Below, in pieces: positions 12,801 to 23,757 of a DNA stretch of 64,000 nucleotides. The stretch comes from Squalus acanthias (Eukaryota): positions 47,928,001 to 47,992,000 of the forward strand of contig CM059432.1 in NCBI GenBank assembly GCA_030390025.1, read 5' to 3'. The position numbers and the translations under genes were made by a program. The notes beneath the pieces are model-generated. The model was not told where the DNA came from, searched no databases, and saw only the letters and a program-made list of their open reading frames with translations. Each line of letters starts with the position of its first letter. The first letter of the stretch is position 1.

Positions 12801-13399
12801 CCAGAAGAAGGGACTATGTTGGCCCTGAATTGGCGGTTGGAGGCTTCCTGCGGGGAAATGCCTCTGATCCGCAAATAAAATGCCCACGTACCTGAGGCCT
12901 TGGGATCCACGAAGACTCACGGTCCAGGGGCTCTCCGGGTACGCGTGGGCAGAGGCCCACGTATCCCAGGGGCGCAGGCGGTTTGCAAGCGCCCCTGGTA
13001 TCACATGGGCCGACCCAATGAATGACAGAAGGGAATCACCATTCATACTTATGGGGATTCCGTATGTACGGAAACCCCATAAGCACGAATGGGAATACCC
13101 CAAAAAATACACCTAGACATCAAATAAATAAAAAAAATCACATATTTAAAATTAATTAAAATGGTATTTAATTAAATATTTAAAACAAAAATAGCTGTCG
13201 GTGTGTGCAAGGTGTGAGATGTGGGTGTGAGTGTTGCAGCAGTGGTAAGGTTGTGAGGGTGAAGTGAAGCTATGATTGTGAGGTTTGAGTGGAGATAGGT
13301 AGAGATTGTTGGTAGGTGAGTGATGGGCATGTGGTGCATTGAGCAGTGTGTGAGGCTTGTGGTGCAGATGGTGGGATATGACATTTGCTGAAGCCTTCG

Positions 13400-13662
13400 C
13401 TCACCTTGACCTGCTGTGTGAGGTCATTAAACTTCTTTCAGCACTGTATCCAGGTCCGTGGCACAACACTGTTGGCCGTGATGTCGGCAGCTATCTCTTG
13501 CCAGAGCCTTCTGCAAGTGGGCTTTGATGGCTTCCTGCCACTCTGCGGGAACAGGACATCCCGCCTTCTCTCCACTGCCACGACCAATGCCTCGAGAGCC
13601 GCATCAGAGAACCCTCTGGCTCGTTCTCTGTGTTGCTGCTGAGCTATGTCTTCAAACTCCAT
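13400..13662 (-). pseudogene. Harbinger Myb/SANT-like (trihelix) DNA-binding protein, exon 1 remnant
   Basis: FSDAALEALVVAVERRRDVLF...WQEIAADITANSVVPRTWIQC*KKFNDL. Confidence 0.85.
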
Positions 13663-15124
13663 TGACAATGAGGTGCTGCTGCATCAAAACACCTTCCTTT
13701 TAAGTAGTGGAGAGAGACTAAGCCAAACATTACTGGCGATTTTAGACTGCACCCGATATTGGCCCACCTGTTAAGTGCTAAGCCAATCAGCAGCACGTTT
13801 AGCACTGAAATCATGTAAATGAGCTGGCAGCACAAACTTTGCGTGCTGCCTGCACCACTTTGAACGGGCGCAGCCAAGTAGCGCCGGCCCTTGACACCAC
13901 CCGTTTTTGGGCCATATCCAATTTCTAGGCCTTTAATCATTTCTGAAAATTGATAGTAATCCCAGAGTTTGCCATTTTTGCTTTGATTCTCGCTGTTATA
14001 ATATTTATGGGGTTCATTTGGTACCTCATGAGTACTTATGTTTATTATACAAAATAACAATTTACATCTGAACTCTTAGAAATAATCCAGACCTGGCAGA
14101 GAAATGGAACGACAGAAGACGTGCATTTGTGAACAAAGAATTAAGTGAAATACTTGCAGAAGTAAAATAATATTGAAATGTAATTCCAGCTCTAAGTATA
14201 CTTGCTCTAATCACAGTAGAATGTACCACAATGTTACTTGAATGACAAAGTCCTGGAATATTGTCAACTTTGTAAAAGGAACAAAAGTTAAACTGATTGC
14301 ATGTAACCCAGCTGTATAAAAATCCACTATTAGCAGGTACAGTGAGGAAATGTCTTGACTAGTGGTAAATGATTACTGGGTAAGATACATTTAGTTATAT
14401 TCTTGTGATAGTGTAGTGGGCATACTGTGGTGTGGCACTGAAGCACACAAACTAGGAAGGTCGCAGGTTCAATTCCTTTATCTATTAAGGTAACTGATTT
14501 CAGTCAGTGTTTGAGGACAGGAAAGAGGGAAGGGGGGGAATGGGAAGAGTTGCTACAATTTTTGGCCTCGGTGCCCAAGGCCTAAGGAGGGGCAAAATCA
14601 AAATTGGTTGCAGCTCGTGCCTCTGATCATGGTACAATGACTCCTGTTGACTGTGTATTGATGTTGAGTGAGTACAAGCTTGGGTTACGCTGCGGGTGGC
14701 CACATAGTGGAATATCTTGGCAAAACTCACTATCCAAGCACCCACATGAAAACTGAACACTTGGGCAAAGCACCTGAATACTGATGACACTTTTGACGCA
14801 CTATCTTCTGGAATCTGGGATCAAATTCACTCCAGAATTAATGAAACTTTTCTCTCTCTGCTGGCTGCAGCAGGATATATGAAATTTGACCATTCTCAAT
14901 ACGGCTCACAGTGGGCTGCCAGTGAAAAGTTGACTTTGACTTTGTTTTGACTATTGGATCCAGATAATTTAGCCAAAATAATCATACTGGCAAATGCAGC
15001 TTGCGAACCCACATTTCTGAGTGAGTGTTGGCAAGCTACTGAACCATGAACGGCACCATAGTTGAGTTCAATCCCGTTCTCACGCAATCTCCACACTCTT
15101 ATACACATTTTTTAGCAGATCATT

Positions 15125-15565
15125 ACACAGAAAATACAAGATAAAAATAGGCCATTCAACCCAAACCAACCAGTTCATGTTGGTGTTTATCCTTCACATG
15201 CAATAGTCTTAATGCCATGTGCCCACTCTGTTCCCATGTCCCTTTATTTATTTTACTTTAACAATTTATCTAACCTGTTCTTAAATGTTGACATGATCTA
15301 TGCTTCAATCAGTTAATCTATGCATTCCACAGCCTCACAATCCGCTGTGTGAAAATGTTTCTCCTGCTCTCTGTCCTAAATCTCTTACATTTAATTTTAT
15401 ATCTATATCCCCTCATTCTGGACCCCTCAATCTGTTTCTATCTACTTTGTCTCATCCCTTCATAATTTTAAACACCTTTATTAAATTACCCCGTAATCTC
15501 CTCTGTTCTAATGAAAGCAGCCCCAATTTTTCCAAGTCCTTCTCCATACCAGGCAGCAACCTAGT
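15125..15565 (-). mobile_element. Old CR1 3' fragment, reverse orientation
   Basis: Resembles the reverse complement of CR1 ORF2 end and 3' UTR (ATAATTTTAAACACCTTTATTAAATTACCCC...); heavily decayed. Confidence 0.6.
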
Positions 15566-16393
15566 GAAGAAGATTCGTGACAGATCGTAAGTTCCGGGTT
15601 TTTGCGCATGCGCTTCACACGCGAAAACCCGGAACTTGCGGGGCCCTTACGGGCGCTTACGCACCAAGTACGCACCCGTAGGCCCCGGAAAATCCGGGCC
15701 ATGGTTTTATGTTTCAATGAAAGAGGAAACCAAACTTCTTGGAGACAATTAATTAAATTAATATAGGTACAAAAATTCTACCATAGATGTTCAAGCCCAC
15801 ATTTTTTTTTCAAGATCAGATAAGAACCCTCTCCTTTTACAAAATTACTTGTTAACCACTCTATGCGTGACTGCGCATGGTTACAAATATATCAGATTAA
15901 TTTTCTAATATTAAGGCAAAGATATATAATTTAAAATGTGCCCATTAAAATGCTGTTCACATCATTGTTTAATAGAAAGTTGAATCCAGTATCCACCGAC
16001 TTCCTCGAGAAGTCTTTTACTTACATTGAAATGTTCTACAGTGTAATATTTATGTTGGAATTAGATGCAGAAAGCAAGCTTTATATCTGCAGTTTCCAAA
16101 TTTTCATTACTCTAGAGAAAACCTAGGGAGATCTTAATGCTATGTCAATTAATTCCTTTATAAGGAGATTTATAAGGTCCTAAGAATGGGCACAGATGAT
16201 TAAATGCTTCAGTAAAAATAATCATCAGGAATTGCCAGATATTAAAAGAAATATGTGAGGAAATTGCAGATGCATTAGTCATAATTTTCCACGGCTCTCC
16301 AGATTCAGGAATTGTGCATTTGAATTGGAAAATGACAAACGTCACAGTTTGTGGCGAAGGCCAAAGACAATGGCCAGAATTTTCTGTACCTGG

Positions 16394-18031
16394 TGTAGAA
16401 TTCACAAAATTATCGCGCTTTCATAATAATGAGAAGGAGACATAGTTTCGTATAAACAGCTTTATTTCAGCAAAATGCTGTCGGGTTTCAAAACGGACAC
16501 AAGCAGCTTGTAAAATGGCCACCACGCCTCGTGGCAGAAGGTTCTAGACTTTCAGCAGGCAGACAAGATGGCATTTCAATAAACATTTCAGCAAGATCGG
16601 ACAGGACTCAGCATATTAAGATAAGACAAGACGAGATCATTTTGCATTTTTAACACCCAAGCAAGGAATATAAGTGCTGGAATCGGGTTTTCCATGCACA
16701 AACGAGGGCTATTGTACTGGGCAATTAGGGGCCCATCCAAAAGACATTGATACGCAAATTCCCCACGGCTCTATGATGAGAGAGCCGTTCGCGGGTACTC
16801 ACAACAAGAATCGGAGGCCCCAAAACCCCTCCAGGGAGACTCCTAGCCGGTTCCACAAAGGGAGAAATATTAACGGGTACTTAGACAGTTACAAGTATCA
16901 CCGAAACCCATTAACGACAAGAACCACCCCATACAAGAAGTTTGAGCGCCAAAACATGACAAAAGATGAACATTAAGATTGGGCGGGAGATAAGGAATTA
17001 CAGTACTATAACTGTAGTGTCCAAACGTCCATCTTTCTCTTATTCGCGCTCTTATTCGCTCGACTCTTATTCCTTTGACTCGCTAGAGAACTCTTGACTC
17101 TTATTCTCTGATCCGCTGATTTTCCGGGAGTCAACCTCGTGGCTTGCCGCGAAGATCTGTGGAGAACTGGTCTGCGAAGGCCTGTAAGCGGGCGCACCAT
17201 CCTGAGAAGTCAGTAAACGGTGTTGGAACCGAAGGCCCGAGAGGAGATGAGATGAGATGAGATGAGAAGAGAAGAAGACGACTACACGTGCCACCGCGGT
17301 CAGTGAGCCCCGACCACGCTCGATAAATCGGTAACTGCTTCCCAACTGGCATCGGAAGACTGTTCTTCGAGTTCCACCGACAACTGGTGTCGGGCACAGT
17401 AAGACTCTTCTTCGAACTGTATCTGGAGTCCGAGGTCAACACAGATCTTCATGACAGCAGACGGTCCAGCCTGCTAGCCGGAGCAAAGCGAGTGAACAAG
17501 TGGGGTACAGAGACCCCTGATCAACACGTGAATAGTCAGGTGCTGTGGTGAAAACATCCGAGCAGCGTTTCGGAATTTTCCGAGTTATCACGAGTGGTGA
17601 GCATGAGTCTCGATCCTACAGATCTAGATTAGGACAGGTATTGATAGGGGAGGGTTTTTGTTTTAAGGATAATTATAATGTGTGTCTCCTTTTACGATGT
17701 GTCGTGCGCTCCTCGTTTCCCTAAACCTAGTTGCATACATGTATGTAAGTTTGTACTGTCATTAATCTGTGCTTATGACATGTATTTCGTAATCTTGAAT
17801 AATATGCAATAAAGATTTTCCATTTCGCACTATTCAACCGGGTCTACCTGAGTTTTCTCTGGATTATTGCTCTCACACCTAAGTCCAGTGTCAGAACCGT
17901 AAGGGCGAGTGGGTCGAACCACTCACAGGTGTCTAGTGCTACCAGGCTGGCTGGAGACCAGAACAGGCAACAAGGCCTAACCCCGCACTAGCACCCTGGC
18001 TAAGCACAGAGCCACAGCGAAATCCCTTACA
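16394..18031 (+). mobile_element. Solo LTR (1638 bp) of an LTR retrotransposon or ERV
   Basis: TGTA...TACA termini, exact 4-bp TSD CTGG (16390-16393 and 18032-18035), GC box at 16981, TATA-like motif ~17007 and AATAAA ~17808. Confidence 0.85.
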
Positions 18032-18305
18032 CTGGGTGGGTCGGGTGCAGGCGGTCGCCTTGGCGGGTCGCGACCCCGCTGCTCATTCCATTCCGCTCCT
18101 AAGATCGAATTTCCGTTAATGGCTCCAATTAAGGCAGCCCTGCGCGTTACCCGGCCCTATTAAATGGTGCAGGTCTGATGACATCATCAATGGCACGTCT
18201 TCAGCCGAGATATTTAAAGGAGCCATGGCCACATTGCATTTGAAGGTTCATCTAGGATAGTGCAGGCACTGCACTGCACCATTGGAGTGTTACAAAGTGG
18301 CAAAC

Positions 18306-19980
18306 ATGACTGCACAGAGGCAGAGGGCTGCACCCAGGATCTCAGATGACTCCCTCCATATACTTGTGGAGGGAGTGAGAGCACACAGGGAGGTCCTCTT
18401 CCATTCCTATGGGCGGAAGAGACCTCACCAGCAGATCAAAGGAGCCTGGCTCCAAATAGCTGAGGAGGTCAACAGCAGGGATGTTGTCAGGGTGCAGTGC
18501 CGCAAAAGTTTCAATAATCTCATTACATTAGGAAATCTGAGTGCAAAGCCACACTCAACTTCATCCTGCTGTGCCTCTCATCACATTCCCATCACTCTGC
18601 CTTCCCAACTCTACTCCTGCACATCCTTACTCACACCAACATACCTTGCAGGTCCACCCATCCCTCTCTCTCTACCTACATTATCACATCCCCATCTGAC
18701 TAACCACTCCTCACACTCACCCCCATCCTAATGCAATCATACCAACTAACAACACACAAGGAGGCCACATGGCATTGCCACCCCACTCCATCATAGTCAC
18801 CCTCTAAAGCTGTAACCCATCCATTCCTTACACTCATTCCATCACTCTCACTCAACCTTCTCTTCTTTCCCTCCTTGCAGGAAAAGAGAGCCCACAATAA
18901 GAGGGAGAGGGAGAGAACCGGAGGTGACCCTTCATCATTGGCCACCTCAATAGCAGCAGAGGAGGTTGCATTGGAAGTGTCTGGAGTCGCAGAGCAGCTG
19001 GAGGTGGGAGTCGGAGAGAGGGGGACATCTCAGCAACCTGGTGACAGAATTACATTTCATACAGCAACATGGCAAACAGCAGTCACTCATATGGGGACTG
19101 ATGTCAGCAGCCGGTGAATGTTCATCATGTGCATAATGGTATCTGTACCCATTCTTAATATGACATATCTAACTCATCTCTTTACTCTCCCACAGGTCCA
19201 TCAAGAGCTGCCCCCCCACCCCCCCCACCCACACTGTCCAGGAGGAAGAGCAAAATGACTCCTCAGAGGAGCCTCCAGCCTCTGAGGGCGCACCGTCACC
19301 AGACATAAGCGCACCCAGCACCAGTGCAGATACGCACACCTCGGTGGGTGCAACACGAGATAAAGTATTGTTGTCACCTGGTGTCTCACAACTCAAGTGA
19401 GCAAAAGCAGATGGTGGAGACAGGGACAGCAGTGGAGACTCCTCGCTGGAGGGCACGGGACGCTCCCAGCTCTGTTTGGCTGTATGCAGACGCTGAGCAT
19501 CGGGGGCCATCCAGAAAAAGGGCGATCCTGGAGGTGCAGCAAGAAGTGCAGGAGGTTGTAACAGGTTTTGTGACCGCTATGTCGGCAAATGTGCAGAGGA
19601 TGGAGGAGTCCTTCTCCAACATGAGCACCCCCGTGTCGCAGGTGATGGCGACTGTAGGCACTTCCAGGGAAAGGATGTCCACCTGCATGGAGCAGCTAAT
19701 GCGCCACTCATAGGAGCACATGCTATCTATGGAGAATAGATGGCAGATATTCATAAACCTCCTCCCTAGGAGAGATGTCAATGTAGACGTGGGTCCTCAC
19801 GGCCCCACTGCTGTGCAGGCAGGTGCTCTCCAGCTCCTTGCTAGCAGGGAAGTGCGGGTGGCCCATGAGAGGGATGATGGTGAGAGGGGACATGGAAGTG
19901 GGGGATCCTCTCAAAGCACTTACACCTCTCTCCCGTTGCCCCACCCACCCACCCACCCCAGTCAGAGCCCAAGATGCCTG
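18306..19980 (+). pseudogene. Harbinger Myb/SANT gene, three exons (18306-~18536, 18881-19040, 19196-~19980), decayed
   Basis: AAPRISDDSLHILVEGV...WLQIAEEVN...QCRKSFNNL. Exon 2 is 160 nt with AG/GT borders. First donor mutated to CTGAGT; 3' end deleted. Confidence 0.85.
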
Positions 19981-19981
19981 C

Positions 19982-20520
19982 TCAGATGGTGCACACATGC
20001 ATGATGATCTTACTATGGTTGGAGACAAGCTGCACATTGAGGGAGTTGAAGCCCTTGGGGTTGACAAAGACTCCTGGGTGATGATGGGGTGCCCTGATGG
20101 CCACATGTGTGCAGTCGATGAGGCCCTGCACCTGTGGGAAGCCAGCCAAAGTCACAAAGGCCAATGCCCACTCAGTAACACTGGCTTCATCAGAGGCAAA
20201 GTTGATATAATTGGCTGACCTGTGTGATGCATCTGTGGGCGGCTGACTGCGAGAGGCCACAAATGTCTGCTGCAGATCCCGGGAAGGAGCCTGAGGCAAA
20301 GATGTTGAGGACGCTGGTGACTTTGACAGCCACTGGTAAGACATGTCCACCCAGTCCTCTGGGATCCAGGTCTTGCTCCAGCAATCTACAAATGTCTGCG
20401 ACGACCTGGCGCGATAACCTAAGCCTCCTTTGGCACTGCTGCTCTGTCATGTTGAGGAAGCTCATCCTCTGCCTGTATTGAGGGTATCGCCTCCGGCATG
20501 GTGCAGCCCTGCACTGATGT
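19982..20520 (-). pseudogene. Harbinger DDE transposase fragment
   Basis: [14 protein letters not shown]...[16 protein letters not shown]...[11 protein letters not shown]. Has the first catalytic Asp; truncated before the others. Confidence 0.9.
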
Positions 20521-20530
20521 TCTCTGTCCT

Positions 20531-20616
20531 GTGTGGTTTGAACAGAGTGCTGGGAGTTGGGTGAGTCAGGGAGTTCGGTGAGGAGTGGAAGGAGGAGCTC
20601 CCTTGCTTCACCTTTG
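20531..20616 (+). repeat. 86-bp CR1 5' UTR segment, direct repeat of 35078-35163
   Basis: Ungapped alignment with 5 mismatches counted by eye. Confidence 0.9.
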
Positions 20617-21698
20617 TTGGAGAGACACAGGCTGCGAGATTCTCAGCTCAGCTCAGCTCGGTGCTGTGTGAACGGGACTGAGTGCAGTTTGAACAGAGTG
20701 CTGAGAAGAGGAGAGGAGAGGAAAGGTCTCTCTCTGTACCTAGGTGAAGAAGACAGAGCCACGAAGGGCAGAGTGGAGACCCTTTCCACCTCCACCACGC
20801 CTGCAGCCACTACTACTATTACTGCTGAGGTGCCAGAAGGGAGAGAGGAGAGAGGAGAGGAGACCAAAGAAACAACAACAACAACAGAAGGAAGCCATTA
20901 CATCATTGCCTCCCCAACTGGTCTCCATTACAGGAGAGGGAGAGAGGGGAGAAGAAAACCAAGACCAACATCTGCTTGGAAGGAGGGAGAGCCACTGAGA
21001 AGAAAACAACATCTAGAGGTGGATGTTAAAAAGGGCACTCTCCAAAAGACTTTGTAATTTAGGTGGGGGGAGGAAAGAAGAAGGAGAAGACCGGAACAGC
21101 AAAGGGTGTGTGTGAGTGTGTGTGGCTCTTGCTAACAACTAGGCCACACACACCATCAACAAACACCCCTTGCCTATTGCTTGACCTGGGACAGCTGGAG
21201 CTGCCCAGGCGAAGTCATCAACCTATTTCCCAATCTACAACATCGTTAAGACCTGGTGGTGGACTGAGCCTGGGCATCTCCAGCTTTATTTTCCCAGGTG
21301 AAGACATCTTCTCCCCCCACCAGAAGAACAGAAAAACAACAAAGACTATAGTTAACATCAGAGAGTGCCCACCCCCACCCTGTAAGCACCCACCCATCCA
21401 CTATCCTGAGTGGCGAATCAGCCCCTGCGGCCTCCCTCCTTCCCACCCCCTCTCTCTCTCTCTCTCTGCCTCTCTCTCTCTAACGAGGCACCTCAATCCT
21501 TTATCTATTAATTACCCATTTGAGCAGAGGGCAGAAGGCCCCTCTCCCAATTCCAATCATCAAAGGGAGAGGTGTGCCTTCATTTTTAAAACAACCCCCT
21601 CTGCTCAGGGAAGATACAAAAAAACAACTACCTGGGCCATTTCAACCATCACCCGGCCTGTGACTTGGGGTGAGTGTAGCCCTTTATAACACCTCATT

Positions 21699-23726
21699 AT
21701 GGCGAGCACATCTTCGCCGGCGACGGGGCCAGCAAGGTCGTACGCGGGTGTGGCAGCCACAGCCACAGCCAGTCCCGCTGCTTCTGCTGCCCTGTCGCCT
21801 TTCAGGTTACTGACAAAAAAGCTAGGGGTGAAGAGCTACACTCACCCCAACATGACCATAGAGGCTTGCGTTAAAGCCATGGCTGGGGTAGTCGGCCCCT
21901 CAGCCATCGTAGTGGCCTCTAAAATGTACGGCAAGGCTGTGTTCTTCCTGGGGTCGGAGCGGGCGGTGTCCCTGGCCGTCACGAAGGGGCTCACCGTGGG
22001 CGGGACCTTCCTGCCGGTGGATCCACTTGAGGCCACCGCGCAGCGAATCGTCCTTTCAAACGTCCCGCCCTTTGTTCCGGGTGAGCTCCTCCTCCCCCAC
22101 CTATGTCAACTGGGGGAGGTGAGGTCGGGGATTAATCCGATCCCGCTCGGCTGCAGGGAGGCCAGCCTCCGGCACGTCTTTTCCTTCCGGCGTCAGCTGT
22201 TTATCCAGCTGGTGCGGGAGGAGGACACAGAGGGCGCGTTTGTCGTCCAACACGAGGGGACCGCCTACCGTGTCTTCTGGACGTCGGACGGTGTGCGGTG
22301 CCACGCCTGCAAGGAGGCGGGGCACATAAGAAAGAACTGCCCCGCCTCCAAGGCTGCCAAAACATCTGAGGCGGCCAAGGCTGGCGCCGCCGCCGCCGCC
22401 GCCGCCGCCGCTCCTCCCCCCGTTTCTGTCCACGCGTCCGCGACACCCGATGCGCGGTCGACGCTGGAGGTCAACGCCGTCGCGGCCTCCAGCGGAGGGG
22501 AGGGGGAGCGTCCGATCGGAAGGAAGGCGCGGAGGAAAAGTAAACACCTTCAGGCGGGTCCCCTTGACATACAGGACGAGCTACCCGGGCTTACGCCCCC
22601 GTACCTTGCGCAGGAGGCGGCGGTGCTCGAGAGTGTGGGGGGCCTCGTGCCCGGGCCTGTGACCGCAACCGCCGAGGCGGCAAAATCAAGACCTGCGGCC
22701 GGGCCCGGGCCCGAGAGACCCGAGCAAACCGTTCGACAGGGGGGAGCGGAGGTGGAGGCCTCGGTACACATGGAGGTCTCCCAACCTCCGTGTCCCTTCA
22801 CACTGAAAAGGAGGTGCAACGCCCTGGAGGAGGAGGAGGACCGCGAGGAACAGGGTCCCTCCTCGCAAGGGGAGTCGTCGCTCGCCGCGGGGGCTGCGCC
22901 CCACCGACACCGTCACCGACATCCGGCAGGAGTCGCCTGTCCCCCGGGAGGGTACGACAGATGAGTCTGTCCAGCCTGTGCCTCCCGGGGATGGGGAAGA
23001 GACCCTGCTCGTGGGGGGGGCCGCGGAACTACCCGCGGAGGAACTATATATTGAACCATTGTTTCTCGCCAGGTCGGGCGTCCTGGGGACCGGGGCGGGC
23101 GAGGCCGATGAGGCTGAGCCCGCCGTATACGGTCAGGACTACTCCCAGGCGCTGCTCGACCTGGTTGAGCAATATAACCAGGGTACCCGGTCCGCTGGGT
23201 CGGAGGATGGTGGCGGTGAAGGGGAAGGCCCCCTGACTCCGTCTGCGACGCTGGCGCCGGGGTTGTTGGGGGAACTGGCACTAATGTGCTCCCCGGTTTC
23301 CCTGTGCCCAGGGAGGACTCCTCTGCTGCCGATTCTGGGGGTGGGATCGGGGCAGAGGTAGGGCTGGCCGATGGCGACCCCCCGGAGGAGGACGGGGACC
23401 CGGCGGAGGACACTGAGGATGATATGGAATCCGTCGCCAGTGAGGCGGCGGATGCCCTCGTGCCCTCCTCCGGGTCCCCCCTCATCCCCGTTGTGGAACT
23501 CCGGGACTTTGTGGCCATGGGCCAGGGTCGCCAGGATATAATCCGGCTGGCCATCGATAAATGGTCGGATCTGGCGCTGCTCGTTTGCTCCGTCCGCGCC
23601 GCAGTCAAAACCATGAGCGCGGACGGGGGCGTGGGCCTGGCCGAGCGGCGTCGGATCCAGAATTTCCTCGCTGGGCTTGGAAGGGAGTGGCGGTCGACTA
23701 GCGGCCGCGCTCCCTCCTCCCGTTAG
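21699..23726 (+). pseudogene. Tx1 ORF1 (RRM-like + CCHC knuckle + acidic tail), split over three frames
   Basis: CHACKEAGHIRKNC knuckle. Frame change near 22900; 70-bp deletion at ~23306 relative to copy 2. Confidence 0.85.
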
Positions 23727-23757
23727 AGTAAGGTAGAGGTTGCACTATGCTCTTGTC

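Larger units (their letters stand above)
11888..13931. mobile_element. PIF/Harbinger transposon, internally deleted
   Basis: Perfect 12-bp TIR GGCCTAGAAATT / AATTTCTAGGCC, TSD TTT, and convergent transposase and Myb/SANT remnants. Confidence 0.9.

Noticed and set aside
12366..20520. Host HARBI1 or NAIF1/MSANTD genes
   Set aside because: The fragments are truncated or frameshifted and lie within TIR-bounded transposon copies.
21063..21689. 208-aa ORF in the Tx1 5' UTR (duplicated at 28407-28919)
   Set aside because: No ATG start, runs through (GT)n and (CT)n microsatellites, and its duplication only reflects the near-identical DNA copy.
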